Shown here: positions 1 through 13,560 of the stretch, piece by piece
Layout: every line of letters begins with the position of its first letter
How positions within the stretch are numbered: the stretch's first letter is position 1
Assembly (NCBI RefSeq): GCF_018977255.1
Contig: NW_024704743.1
Coordinates: forward strand, 10,542,001-10,606,000
Length of the DNA stretch: 64,000 nt
DNA from: Callorhinchus milii
Lineage: Eukaryota
Direction: 5' to 3'
The notes under the pieces: model-generated
Databases searched by the model: none
What the model was told of the DNA's origin: nothing
The model's input: only the letters and a program-made list of their open reading frames with translations
Made by a program: the position numbers and the translations under genes

Positions 1-726
1 GTGTTATTGTGGTGTCTCTAGTAAGCTTGTAAATAATTATAGTCATTTGGTGCTTTGCAAATGCCTTTAGCTGCATACATTATAGTAGGACAAATAACAT
101 TGAAAAATGTAAGGAACACATGAAGATGTAAACTAACTTTTTTTAATATTTACAGAGAAAGGTGAACAATAGGAATTGGTAACAAATTTCATACGATACA
201 TTTTTCACCACACGGGAATGAGCTCCAGTAAAGCCTGTCTCAAGTGAGGAGTTGAATAGAAAAACAAACAGCTAAACAATGATGAGGAGAATCATCACAA
301 AGTGAAAATAATAACGATAATAATAATAATATTATTATTAATAATAATAATAACGATAATAATAACGATAATAATCTTTGCATTTGATATAGAGCCTGAC
401 CATGTTTCACCCACAAAATATACAGTCAATTCACTTTACAGTATATTCTGTGAAGCGCTTTGAGACTTCTAGAAAGGCGCTATTTCAAATGCAAGAATTT
501 TTATTATTATTATTATTATGTTGTTGAGCTGCCTCAAAGTGCTTCACAGGATTTAACATTAAAGTGTAGTGATTGTGTATTTTACAATAATAGTCATAAT
601 AATCCTTGCCTTGTGTACAGTGCCTTTCCCATCGTGACTTCTCCAAGCGCTTTACACAATATAATTCAAAGTGCAGTGACTATGTCATTTGTAGGCAAAT
701 GCGGTAGCCATATTTGCACACAGCAA
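1..726 (+). repeat. Segmental duplication copy A (paralog of 54570-55568); probably extends left of the window
   Basis: gtgttattgtggtgtctctagtaa...catatttgcacacagcaa aligns colinearly with 54570-55568, including non-repeat sequence; the (AAT)n tract is longer here and the SINE at 55057 is absent. Confidence 0.95.
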
Positions 727-768
727 CGTATGCATCACCTAGAAATGAAGACTATTTCTAGGTGATAC

Positions 769-1010
769 GTGGTGTCCTGTAGCTTAGTGGTTAGAGCACT
801 TGCCTCGCAAAGCGAGAGGACCTGGTTTCAATTCCTGAGCAGGGCGAAATGTTGGGCAGTTTGCTTACTCCACATGCCTCTGTTCACGTTACAGTTGTTA
901 GTCGATTGGCAAATCTTTTTTCCGGGGTAATAATCCCTTAAAAAAATAATAACTTTGTCACTCAATCCTCAACTGTTTGTGGGACACTGGTATGCGCAAT
1001 TGGCTGCCGA
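769..1010 (+). mobile_element. tRNA-derived SINE, older long form, 3'-truncated
   Basis: Head gtggtgtcctgtagcttagtggttagagcac with A/B-box-like motifs, then the family body. Confidence 0.85.
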
Positions 1011-1977
1011 GAAGACGAAAGGAAGGGAGGAAGGAAAACTGCTTCATCTGTCAAGTGAGAATTTAGGCAAATAAACATGTGTTGGAAATGCTCAAGGTAG
1101 GGCTGGTATTGTGTCAATCTCTGCGGATTCTGAGCTGGATTGTTGGATAGCTGGTAAAAGCCACCAGACTAGAATTTGGTGTTTAGCTTGCAGTTTTGGC
1201 TATTGTATTATCTCTGAAACCCAGATGAGTTTGCGCTTTCAATTAACTCACAATTCGGGGAATTTGTTTGGATTCTTGTGGTGCATGTGAACCGTCTGAA
1301 TTACATTACTAATCCTGTTTGCCAACTTTTTGGTTTTTGACACAACAGTCCAACCTTATGCTATTGCTAGTGCACATGAATGAAGCCACTGTTCTGCACT
1401 TATCCGCTGATAAGGAACAAGATCAGTGCTTTGTTATATTATTGCTGTGTTATTTCCATTGTGATGTTGAATTAATAAATATCTACCATATCTACATTTG
1501 CCTTCAAAATACATAGTAGTACACTTTCGAGTAAATGTTACTTTGAGACGTCCTCCCAATGAGGAGTGATACCAAATGTAGGGATCATTATTATTGTTTA
1601 TTATTATCTCAAATTTTATTCCAGAGCCTCTTTAAAAAGTGATGCCAAATAAAATTCAAGTATTTGGTCAGGTTAAGGCAATAGGATTCTTTATCAAAAA
1701 GTGTTCTTTTGTGTCCTGAAGAAGTTAAGCTCCCCTTTAAAAAGTAAAAGGCAATTAAGAAAGCCAACAAAATAGAAGGAGCCAGGCTGCAGCTTTATGG
1801 ATGGATGATTGGAGGGAAACTGAGATTGGTGGAATTACTCATTACAGCAGTATTGTAGATAGAGAATCATTACAGAATTGCTGTTACAATTGGCTTCAGC
1901 AACATTGGTGAGGAGGGTAAAAACAGCCAGTGGTCAAATACGCTGTGACACTCACTGAAAAGGTCCGCTTGTATTGG

Positions 1978-2335
1978 TGTCAGCCTGGCTCAATTGGTAA
2001 CATTCTTGCCTCTTGACTCAGAAAATTGTGGGTTCAAACGTCAGGACTTCAAATTCACAGTTGTCAATCTGACACTCAAATATACTGCTGGGTATGCTAC
2101 CTTGTTGCAAGTGCAGTCCTTCAAATTAGATGCGTTTTCTCCCAGGGTCCTGGCCAACAATCCCTCAGATAAAATTGATCATTCACTTCATGGCTGTTTG
2201 TGGGGCATTGCTGTGTGCAAAGAGGCTGTGTCGTTTTTGCTTTCAAACATACAGTAAAATCCTGTAAAGTGCTTTGAGCCATCTCAACGATGTAATAAGC
2301 TACTATATCAAATACAAAAAAATCATTAATATTAT
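1978..2335 (+). mobile_element. Decayed Deu-domain-type SINE (SacSINE1/AmnSINE1-like)
   Basis: tRNA-like head ggctcaattggtaacattcttgcctcttgactcagaa, body ...gtcctggccaacaatccctcag, L2-type tail. Confidence 0.65.
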
Positions 2336-3145
2336 AATGGACACTTGGGTGACGTGAAGTACTAGAGGGTAATTGTGGCTTCCCAGAAGTAGGAAAAAAT
2401 AGTCAAATGTTTTCAGGAGAGGGGAAAATATTGAAGGAGAAAATTGTTAAAACACTGTACAGTACATTAAAACTAAGGAATTCTGACAGGAGACTGGGTA
2501 CTGCCTAACACCTCTTACTGTGCATTAGTGATCACAGAAAGCTGTCTACTGGAGCTCAGACAATGTTTCTGAAAGATGCCAAAAAGTCAGAGAAGCAAAT
2601 TGGTGACTCAAACTGTTACTGAACAGCACAAGTAAAATCAGTTTGAACAGGGCCAGGCAATTGAGGGTAATGGGCTGGTTGAACTTCTCAGGCATGAATC
2701 TTATACAATGGATCAACTTGGCCAGTCTCAATTCCCTGAACAGAACAAGTGGTTATCAATTACTGCTTAGTTATTTTATTTAGGTGTGACATTTATTGCT
2801 TATCGTATTAAAGGATGTATTAGACATCAGAACTGATGAAAATGGTCAGACAGACAGACAGACCAGCGAGTTATTAGGTTCTGACAGTGATTTGACAGCA
2901 ATAGGTTTATATTTCTACACCATTCATCTTACTTTGAGAACCTGTTACACTTTTTACGGTTTGTCTGTTCCTCTGACAGTCGTAATAAGTAATTTTTATT
3001 AAAAGGCATTTGCTTTCACTTTTCTAGACTGCAATATATCAAAAGGGCTGCAGGATGTGTCTTTGTAAAAATCTTATTTGCCAATTAGGCCAAAATAAAC
3101 CTGTTGTTTATTAAAAATTCAAAAGTGCGGTGTTAACTGGTTAAC

Positions 3146-3605
3146 ACCATCCAGAACTCTGTAGCTCATGTCCTCTCTCGCACAAGGCTCTGTAACCCCA
3201 TCACATCCAACCTCCACTGGCTCCCCATCCCTCAGAGGATCGAGTTCAAAATCCTCATACTCACCTTCAAGGCTCTCCATCGCCTTGCCCCCGCCTACCT
3301 CTCTGACCCTTATCAACCTGCTTCCTCCATTTGGCAGCCTCCGACCTGCTCTATGTCCCCTTTGTCCATACCCTCTGGAACTGCATCCCACATTTCCTTT
3401 GGCTTGCTCCCTCGCTTGCCTCCTTCAAAGCATGCCTCAAGACCCTCCTCTTCAATTGTCCCTTCAGCCACCCTCTCTGCCCTCCACCCTCCCTGATCCC
3501 AACACCCCCACCCCTCGGATCCTAATGACCCTGACTGTTCAGCACCTTGGGCCGACCTCCCAATGTGAAAGGCGCTTTACAAATGTAATTTCGTATTGTA
3601 TTGTT
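3146..3605 (+). mobile_element. L2 LINE 3' fragment
   Basis: LHWLP..RIEFKIL-coding region and L2 3' tail (...tgaaaggcgctttacaaatg). Confidence 0.9.
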
Positions 3606-4570
3606 AAACACCAACAGTACCCCAAAACGTATTCTTTTTCACTAATCTGTGCCTAATAACCTCTGGAAATGGATAAGAAGGAGACAGTATGCATTCCTTG
3701 CCAGAAACAGGGAACTTTTCGCATGGACGTTGCATAATTAAGTGGCATTTTTAGTCTGGTTTGGATACTCTTAAGTATGGTGATGCCTTTCTGCATTGTT
3801 CAGAACAAACAAAACAAATACTGCGCTGATATCTCAATGAGAGTATGAGTTTGTTGCTGTACTTGAATTCAAAACTATCTAGTCCAGAGGTGAAGGCACC
3901 GATGCAACATCTGGCATAGTTAATTTGCTTAACCTACTCTTACCTATTCATATGACTCTGAATCTCAGCTAACTTAATGCTCCACCAAGGACGACTTTCA
4001 AAGGTAATAATCATTTAATAATTATAACAATTTGATGTAATGCCTCTTTCAACATGGCTCAGAGCCTTCACAGGATTTATTTAGTGTGTGACTTTGCTCA
4101 GTGTCCAACCCATTTCCTGTCTGAGATGTTAGCCTAAGTGAAGGGTGCTATATAAAGGTTAGTTGCTGTTGTTTTTGTAGGGGATTGTGCAGTCACATTG
4201 TGCATTGCAATGCTCCACAAACAGGCATGAAGTGAATGACTAATTTTATTTGGGGGATTGTTGGCCAGGACACAGGGAGAAAAATGCCTTCTCACTGGAA
4301 GAAAGATCCCATCTGTGATGGGATTTGAATAAATATTACTGCAGAAAATAAATTTTTCATCGCACTCAGTTGCCAATTGCCATTCTGGGAATTCTGGAAA
4401 ATGTTTAAACTGCAGAATTTTGAATATTATAAATACAATTTTGAAAAGTGTCCAGTGTGGATGTCTCAGCCACTGAGATAACAGTTTGATTGCCTTCAGC
4501 CACTATGCCCCAAATCACTGGAACTTCTTGCCTCTATTCTCCACCTCACCCTCTCATTTTCTATCTTTCA

Positions 4571-4967
4571 ATAATAATAATAATCTTTACATTTGATATA
4601 GTGTCTTATCACATCATTGAGATGTCTCAACGTGCTTCACAGAATACACCTTAAAGTGAATTGACTGCATATTTATAGGCAAAATGCATTTATATTATAT
4701 CTAACTTTATTTTAGATATAATATAATACACTGTTTGTGGGACAGCAGTGTTCCACAAACAGTCATGAACCAATTTTTTTTGAGGAATTATTACCCTCCG
4801 AAAGCAAACCACCAATCAACTAACAACTGGGTTACTACTTACTGCTAGGTAAACAAAGGAGGGTAGAGTAAGGAGACTTGCCTAAGGTTTCGCCCTGCCT
4901 GGGAATCGAACCCAGCTCCTCTCGTTTGTGAAGCGAGCGGGGAAACCACTATGCTACAGGACTCCAC
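4571..4967 (-). mobile_element. tRNA-derived SINE, long form
   Basis: Reverse complement of the family head (...gctacaggactccac) and (ATT)n tail. Confidence 0.85.
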
Positions 4968-5589
4968 ACTATAGCAATGTCCCACAAATGAATGACAAAT
5001 TTTATTTGGGAGTTTTTGATTGGGAGAAATCTCTTCTCTTTTTTAATAGTGCCACGGCGTCTTTACTGTCCACCTACACAGGTAAATGGGACCTTGGTTC
5101 AGCAAGTCATCCAGCAATGCAACACACTTTACCACACAAAATAAAGTAATGTTATTCCAAGAACCTGATATGCAGCCAAAGATGTGGATCTGAGATGAAT
5201 GGTATCCATCTATTTCTGGTTACACGGTAGATTATTTCGGGACCAGCACATATGCCAGACAATCATACATTACTGTCTGACACATGCTCTATGGTAAATA
5301 TATCGTAGGCAGATGACTGATATGTACACCAGCATAATTCCAATCTATTGAATTCTAGAAATGTTCTGAAGCAGGGCTGAGGGGATGAAGTATCCAGTTT
5401 AAGCTGACACAGCACACTGCGCTTCATGATTCATTAACGTTTCAGACCTTCCTGATTGCACTGAATAGTTGCCAGAATTTTGTTCCCACCCACTCATCCA
5501 CCTCCAGCTCTGACAAAGGAGACCGAAGGTTCCCAAAAGAATATTAATAGCATCGTTCTCGGAAAATAAATTCCGAAGGTGTTGTAATT

Positions 5590-5782
5590 GGGGAGAGGAG
5601 GCAGGAAGAGGAAGAAGGAGAAAAAGGGTGAGTGGAAGAGCTGTGAGAGGCAGGGGAGAATAGTGGGACAGAGGAGTGGAAGAGGAGGGGGAGAATAGGG
5701 GGAGAGAGGAGGGGAAGAGGAGGGGGAGAGGAGGACGATGAAAGCAGGGATAGATGGAGGTGTGAGAGGAGAGGTGAGAAAG
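5590..5782. repeat. Purine-rich (GA) low-complexity tract
   Basis: Almost exclusively G/A on the + strand; explains the Pro/Leu/Ser-rich ORF 5399-5791. Confidence 0.85.
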
Positions 5783-6814
5783 GTGCTCCAAACCTCTCTT
5801 AATGTTTAATCCAAATAGTCTGGAAATTAAGTGTAAAACAAATTAAAGCTGCCTGGATCTTCTAATATGTCTGGGAAGGAGAGATCAAGAGCAGTAAATT
5901 TATATGCAAATGATGATTATTTGCAGACAAAGTGACCTTTTTACATGCAGAGAAGGTGGAAGGGGAGAGAGGCATAGCATTTGAAATGCTTTTGACTTTC
6001 AATTGCAAACAGCTGTTCATTTGGTAGCATCTCCCTTTTCAGCTGCAGTGTCAACAGAGCTCAAGTGAGGTCATGAATGGCAGGCAGCAGCTGTATTCAC
6101 AGTACAATCAAACCATATCCAAGTGAAATTTACTGCACGGTTCCCCGAAGGATGAAATTCCTGTCACTGTTATGTGTAGTGGTTATGGTGCTTTTTTTGG
6201 TCACATGAAAAAAAACCATCTCTGTGCTTAAGAGAATCCAAACCTGATTGAGCTATCCATGTTTGCCACCTACACATGGAAATTTCCGTGCCTGGAATGG
6301 GATGCACACCCTCGCCCTGAGGGATACACCATGCTTACCCAATTCGGAGAATATTAGGAACAGGTTGGCAAAAGTCAAGATTTGGGGACCCTAGTGGATG
6401 CGTTGCGGGTACTGCTGGAGTTTAACCAGCGAAGACCACAGTAGCTGAGCTGTACTAACATGGAATGTTCCAAGTCTAACTTCCACAGTTAGGGTTGATC
6501 TACGCTGGGGCTGGACAAGAACCTGCTACAAATATAGGTTAAATGAGATCAGACATGATTGAGATGCCACTTTCTGCTGCTGAATAGTCTGTCAGTCACT
6601 CACAAAACTCATTCAGAAATTATGGTTGATGTTTGGTCAATATCGAATTATCGGACAGCAAATAGCACTTCAGTAGAAGGTCTCGTCCTTCGGATGAGTC
6701 ATTAAATAAATGCAAGTTGTTGTTGTTCAACTGAGGTCCTGTCTGTCTGTTTAAGTGAAGATTAAAGATCTCATGGCATTATTTCAAAACATGTACTGGG
6801 CCAAAAATACTCCA

Positions 6815-9150
6815 AATCATAGAATCATAGAATCGTACAGTTCAAAAAGAGGCCATTCGGCCCATCGAGTCTGTGCCGGCTCTTTGAAAAGAGCAATGCA
6901 TGTCAATCCCACTCCCCAGCCCTTTCCCCATAATCCTGCAAACCCGTCCTCCTCAAATACCCGTCCACCACGTTTTTAAAAGTTGTTATCAAATTGGCCT
7001 CAACCACCCTTTCAGGCAATGCGTTCCAGATTCGAACAACTCGCTGCGTGAAAAAATTTCTTCTCACCTCCACTCTGCTTCTTTTAGAAACTATTTTAAA
7101 TCTGTGATCTCGAGTCACCGACACACCCACCAGTGGAAACAGTTTTTCCCTTTCTAATCTATCAAATCCCCTCATGATTTTGAAGACTTCTATTAGGTCT
7201 CCTCATAACCTTCTCTGCTCCAATGAGAATAATCCTACCTCTCTAGCCTTTCCTCATGATCAAGGTCCCTCATTCCTGGTACCATCCTCGTAAATCTCCT
7301 CTGCACCCTTTCCAATGCCTCAACATCCTTCCTATAGTGTGGTGCCCAAAACTGGGCGCAGTATTCTAATTAAGGCCTATCCAGTGGCTTACATAGGTTA
7401 ATCATAACCTCCTGACTCTTGTACTCTATGCCCCAAGTTATAAAGCCTAGTATCCCACATGCCCTTTTTACAGCTTTTTTATTTTTAACTTTTACCTGTC
7501 CTGTCACCTTCAAGGATTCATTTACCTGAACCCCCAGGACTCTCTGTTCTTTCACCCCCTTAAGATTGTATTACCTAGTCTATATTGCCTCCTCTCATTC
7601 TCGTGTTACCTCGCATTTCTCCACATTGAAATTCATCTGCCATGTGTCTGCCCATTTTACCAATTTGTTTATATCTTCCTGCCGTTGACTACTATCCTTC
7701 TCACTGTTTAGCACCCTACCTAACTTTGTGTCATCCGCAAATTTGGAAATGGTACTTCCTATACCCAAGTCCAGATCATTTATGTATATTAAGAAGAGCA
7801 GTGGTCCTAATACTTCCCTCCAGTCAGCAAAGCAGCCATTCACCACAACTGTCTGCTTTCTGTCTCCCAGCCAGTTCTGGATCCACGCTGCCACTGTCCC
7901 TTTTATACCATGGGCTTCTAACTTTCTTACAAATTTTTCATGTGTCACTTTGTCAAATGCCTTTTGAAAGTCCATATAAACTACATCAACTGCACTACCT
8001 TTATCCATCCTCTCTCCGTTACCTCATTGAAAAATTCTATTAGATTTGTTAGACAAGATTTGCCTTTAACAAATCCGTGCTGGCTGTCCCTAATTAACCG
8101 ATATTCTTCTAAGTGAAGATTTATTATCTCCCGGATTATAGTCTGCAGGAGTTTCCCCACTACTGATGTCAGGCTGACTAGCCTGCAGTTCCCAGGTTTG
8201 TCCTTCTGCCCCCTTTTGTCCAGGGGAGTCACATTGGGCACTCTCCAGTCCTCCAGCACCAACCCTGTGTCCAATGAAGATTGAAAAATTGTAGCCAAAG
8301 CCTCCGCTATTTGTACCCGTGCCTCCCATAGTAATGTTGGCTGCATCCCCTCCGGACCGGGCGACTTATCTACCAGTCAACCTTTTCAGTACTTCCTCTC
8401 TGTTATACTTATCCTATCCATTTCCTCTACCCTCTCCTCCAATACTGGGGCATTTGGTGCATCCACTTCTTTTGTGAAGACAGATGCAAAGTACTCATTC
8501 AGTACATCAGCCATGCCCACTGCCTCCACAATAAGATTTCTGCCATGGTCCTTAATTGGCCCCACCCTATTTTTGACTCGCCTTTTTTTCTTGATATGTT
8601 TGTAAAATATTTTAGAATTCCCTTTAATGTTACCTGCTAACTTTTTCTCGTATAATCTTTTTGCCCCTCTTATTTACTTTTTCAAACCTCTTCTGCACTT
8701 CCTATATTCTATTTGGTTGTCTTCTGTATCTTGGGTTTGACATTTGTCCTACGCCTCTTTTTTCTGCTTCATTCTAGATACCTTTGTCATCCAGGGAGGT
8801 TTGGATGCCCTACTTTTCACTTTTGTGGGAATGTATTTATTCTGTCCCCAGCTATCTCATCCTTGAAGACTTCCCACTGCTCTTTAGTTGTTTTACCTGC
8901 CAATCTTTCTTTCCAGTCCACCTTGGCTAGGTCCCTTTTTAACTCACTGAAATTTGCCTTCTTCCAGTTGAGCATCTTCACCTTAGATGGTTCCTTGTCA
9001 CTTTCCATATGTACTCTGAATCTAATGATGTTATGATTACTATTGCCCAGATGCTCTCCCACTGAAACCTGCTCCATTTGCCCTACTTCATTCCCCAGAA
9101 CTAGATCCAGCACTGCTTCCTTCCTTGTCAGGCTGGAAACGTACTGATGA
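6815..9150 (-). mobile_element. CR1 LINE, 5'-truncated, ORF2 fragmented
   Basis: Minus ORFs DVVYMDFQKAFDKV...KFADDTKL, SQHGFVKGKSCLTNL, LDLVLGNE; (ATTCTATG)n tail at the left end. Confidence 0.95.
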
Positions 9151-9255
9151 AGTAAAATTGATCAATCACTTCCTAGCTGTTTGCACTATATTACTGTGTG
9201 CAAATTGGTTGTTCTGTTTGCTTACCATGAATAATAATAATAATCCTTACATTTG

Positions 9256-9784
9256 ATTTCAAGATCCTCATCCTCACCTACAAGGCCATTCACGGCCTTG
9301 CTCCCTCCTACCTCTCCAACCTACTGTCCCCCTACCTACCTGCCCGTACCCTCCGTTCCTCTAGCTCCGGTCTGCTCCACGTCCCCCGCCCCAATCGCCC
9401 TACCATCGGTGGTCGGGCTTTCAGCCTCTCAGCCCCAAGGCTCTGAAACTCTATCCCCCAGTGCCTTCGCCTTGCTTCCTCCCTTTCCTCCTTCAAGGCC
9501 GGTCTCAAAACCTTTCTCTTTGACCGAGCCTTCAGCTCCCCTCTCGACTCTCTTCCCCCTTCTCGCTCCCTCCCATCCCTCCCCTCACCCTGACCATTTC
9601 CCCCCTCCTCGCTCCCTCCCCTCCCCTCACCCTGACCATTTCCCCCCTCCTCGCTCCCTCCCTTCCCTCCCCTCACCCTGACCATTTCCACCCTGCTCGG
9701 GTCATGACCCAACTGTGCAGCGCCTTGGGACGTCCTCCTGACGTGAAAGGCGCTTTATAAATGGAATCTTGTTGTTGTTGTTGT
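9256..9784 (+). mobile_element. L2 LINE 3' fragment inserted into an older SINE tail; internal triple tandem of a ~41-46-bp unit (9562-9690)
   Basis: FKILILTYKAIHGLAPSYL-coding DNA, tail gggacgtcctcctgacgtgaaaggcgc(TTG)n; the host SINE tail resumes at ~9785. Confidence 0.9.
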
Positions 9785-9967
9785 TGATATAACACCTTCT
9801 CATGTCATCGAGACATCTCAAAGCTCTTCATAGAATAAACTATGAAGTGTAGTGATTGTATATTTGGTGGGTGAAACGCGGCAGCCAATTGCACACAGCA
9901 GTGACCCACAAACAGTAGTGGATTGAGTGGCCGAAATTATTATTATTTTTCTTGAAGGGATTATTAA

Positions 9968-10524
9968 AATCATAGAATCATATAGCACAGAAGGAGATCA
10001 TTTGGCTCATTATGTCTGTGCCGGCTCTTTGAAAAGAGCTATCCAAATCAATCCGAATCTCCCTCTCTCTTTCTCATAGTCCTGCAAAAACTTGTCCTCC
10101 CCAAATAATTATCTACTTCTCTCTTAAAAGTTGTTATCGAATCAGCTTCCACCACCCTTTCAGACAATGCGTTCCAGATCTGAACAACTCGCTGTGTGAA
10201 AACATTTCTCCTCACCTCCCTTCTGTTTCTTTCAACAACTACTGAATGGTTCAGTTTTAAATCGGTGTCCTCTACCAGTGGAAATAGTTTCTCCTTGTTC
10301 ACTCTATCAAACCCCCTCATAATTTTGAAAACTTCTATTAAATGTCCTCTTAACTTTCTCTGCTCCAAGGAGAATAATCCTCGCTTCTCTAGCCTCTCCT
10401 GATAGCTGAAGTCCCTCATTCCTGGTACCATTCTGATAAATCATCTCCTTTGCACCCTCTCCAATGCCTTGACATCGTTCATAAAGTGTGGTGCCCAGAA
10501 CTGAACACAGTACTCCAGCTGAAG
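9968..10524 (-). mobile_element. CR1 LINE 3' fragment
   Basis: ORF 10048-10431 (SYQERL..GLFSLEQR.LRG.LIEVFKIMRG); catagaatcat tail. Confidence 0.95.
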
Positions 10525-10529
10525 TAATT

Positions 10530-10900
10530 TGTCATATTACCGCCGTAAAGCGATCCACCAATCGACTAACAAGCGGGTTCCTACTTACTGCTAGGTAAAC
10601 AGAAGCGTGTAATAATAATAATAATCCTTGCATTTGATATAGCGCTTTTCACATCTTCCAGACATCTCAAAGAGCCTCACAGAATATGCTGTAAAGTGAA
10701 TTGACCGTATATTTGTGGGCGAAACGCGGCAGCCAATTACGCACAGCAGTGTCCCACAAACAGTCGTGGATTGAAAATGACCAATTTATTATTGTTTTGT
10801 TTTTGGAGGGATTGTGTGTTTGAAGTAAGGAAACTTGCCTAACGTTTCATCCTGACCCATCTGGGAATTGAACCCAGGTCCTTTCACCTGCGAGACGAAT
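10530..10900 (-). mobile_element. Nested tRNA-SINEs (3' SINE fragment ~10611-10812 inside an older long-form copy)
   Basis: The host breaks at agaagcgtgt and resumes near gaagtaaggaaac. Confidence 0.75.
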
Positions 10901-10967
10901 ACAGTCACTACATTTTACAGTAAATCCTGAAAAGCATTTTGAGACTTAAAAGGTTACAAGTTGTTCG

Positions 10968-11190
10968 GATATGGAATGTATTGCCTGAAAGGGTGGTGGA
11001 AGCCAATTTGACAACAACTTTTAAGAGAGAATTAGATGATTATTTGGGGAGGACAAGTTTACAGAGCTATGGGGAGGGAGTAGTGGAGTCAGATTGATTT
11101 GGATAGCTCTTTTAAAAGAGCCGGAACAGACACAGTGTGCCGAATGGTCTCCTTCTGTGCTGTATAATTCTATGATTCTTTGATTCTATG
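10968..11190 (+). mobile_element. CR1 3' end
   Basis: Same 3' UTR as the 6815/9968 copies, ending attctatgattctttgattctatg. Confidence 0.9.
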
Positions 11191-13189
11191 ACTTACTTTG
11201 ACATGAAAGTGGCATCCGCCTTTGGGAGGCTACCCAGCAAGAAGGGCGCTGTAAAGTTGCAAGTTGTTGTTGAAAGGCGCTCTATCAAATGTAAGGATTT
11301 TTATTGTTATTATGTTGATAGACGGTGCAGTCAAAATCAGGGAAATGTTAGGATGGACATTTATAATTGGAAGGATTACAAATCTTTCCAAATATATTGA
11401 ACTGTGTTTGAGAGGCATATTTATCAAAACAGAAGGATGTTTTTGAAACTAAACAAAGTGAATGGTATTCCTGAGGAGTGACATTTGGAAGATCTCCATG
11501 GGCGATCAAAGTTGGGATTGTCATTGATTACTCAAATCCTAGCATGCACGCTTTTATCATGTCCTGATAAGAATCTCTTCACATTGTGGCCAATCTTTTC
11601 AGCACCTGAAGCTCATCGCCAGTCTATTTAATACTTGCTGTGGAAATTGATGGAATTTGGATGATGAATTGTACCTGATTTCCGAAGCAAAAATTACTTT
11701 GAACTCTCAGCGGGAAGATTTTCTCTAAAAACAGGCCTGTGTGAAGCTACCGGAACACAGATTGTCCAAAACAATGCTGTGAAATCCACAGTCAGTCTCC
11801 ATCTGTCTACCATCATCGTGGCTGCTTTATATGCAACAGAATCAGGAGAAAAATTAAAGAGTTACATTACACGAGAAAACAATCTTTGCACAGAAGCTGG
11901 TGGAATGTGAATTTCACTGTCGTAAATAAAGCTTAATAAAACAACATAACTTGGATTTATATAGTGCCCTTCATGCAGGGCAACATCTCAGAATGCTTAA
12001 TAATGCAAAGAATATAATAATAATTTTTGCATTGATATTGCACACCTTTAATGTTGGGATGATGTTTCTGTGGATGTTCAAGATCCTGTGCCACTATTCA
12101 AAAAGAGAAGGGAGTGTCCCAGTGTCCTGGCCAACAACCCCCTAGAAAAAAATTGGTCATTAACAAAATCGGGACATGTGCAATACTGTGGGACATTCGC
12201 TGTGCAAATTTGCCTGCAAAATGCCTACTTACTAGATTTTACAGGAAATTCTTTGAAGTGCTAGAAGATGCCCTCTTGACATGAAAGGCCTTAAAAATTG
12301 TAAGACAGTAAGGATGTAAATGTGGATGTGAGAAATTCCATATATGGGATATATGTCCATTGATATCCAACTGTGTACAAGAACAGCAAATTACACTTGA
12401 AGGGCACCCTTCACATTGGAATGACATCCCCAGGGCACTACCATCAGTTGAAGGGGGTGGGTATTGTGAGAGTGGAGTTGTGGTGGATATGGTGGGGGGC
12501 AGAGAGTGAAAAATGAACAAGAACAATGAGTTCGAAAAAGAGGGAAATTAAAGTAGAAAATTAAAGAAAGTGAAAAGAGCAAAATAAAGATCTTCTGGTA
12601 CTGCAGAAGAGAGAGTATGAAATAAGAGCAACCTCCAAGAAAACAAACACAGCACTTTCCCTTACAGCTACCACATGTCAGAGGTCATAAATTAGCCCTA
12701 TTATGCCTTCAAAGTGCTGGAGGTGCAGAGTTTACTGCCAGATATTTGCATTTATCATAACACAGAGTATTACGTCAATCGCTTGCCATTAATCTATGCA
12801 TTCCTAAGAACTTGTGTGGACAATTCTTTTTTTCAGATGCAGCAAATTCCCTAGAAAAGGGCTGATAGAGCACAGTTAATTGCCTCTTTTGATAAGATCG
12901 CATGTACACCATTTTCACTAGCTCAGCACCATCCTGTTAGATGCCATCTGCCCTATAAACAACCTGGAATTCCATTTCTGAAATGAGAAACATCATTGTA
13001 CATTCACTGATGTTCAAAGTAAGAGTGGAGGAAAAATGGATAACACAATTTTGTATGCAAGGGAGCAGGAAGAATGTCTCATTCTCAGGGAGAATGTTTT
13101 CTTACTGGACGCCATAAACTTTCACATGCAAATGCTGCTTACAGTAATGAAGCATAGTTATGGGATAAACGTATTTAATTTAGTTTAAT

Positions 13190-13560
13190 CGGTTGTCCAT
13201 TTCCTGAGCTAGGTGGTTCTGCAGTTATCCACTGCACTGCTGATAATAGACCACTTTCTGGCTTGCTCCTGTGAACCCTGCAAGCCAAAGCCCCAAGTGG
13301 TTGAGTGATACTGATAGCAAGAATCTTGCCGGATAATGTTCTCAATGGTAAGCTATGCAGTTTTGGCTGGATAAACTGCAGCAACCGTAGGGGCAGGGAG
13401 TCATCCCACTCAGCTTCCGTTAACCCTGCAAGCCAAAGGCCTAATGAGTAGGGTGGTTCCAGCTGGACAAGCAGCGGGAAAGCTTGCCGGACAGCAATAT
13501 CAATGGCAAGCTGTGCTGTTTTAGCTGGATAGATTCCAGCAGTACCCCAATGCAACCCTC
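13190..13560 (+). repeat. Unclassified interspersed repeat, partly tandemly duplicated; relatives at ~3640-3800, 20750-20950, 23930-24125, 35555-35850, 56069-56400, 58010-58470
   Basis: Shared blocks ccctgcaagccaaa, caatggcaagct...gactccagcagtacccca and tttggatactcttaag..tggtgatgg...tgtcagac. Confidence 0.75.
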
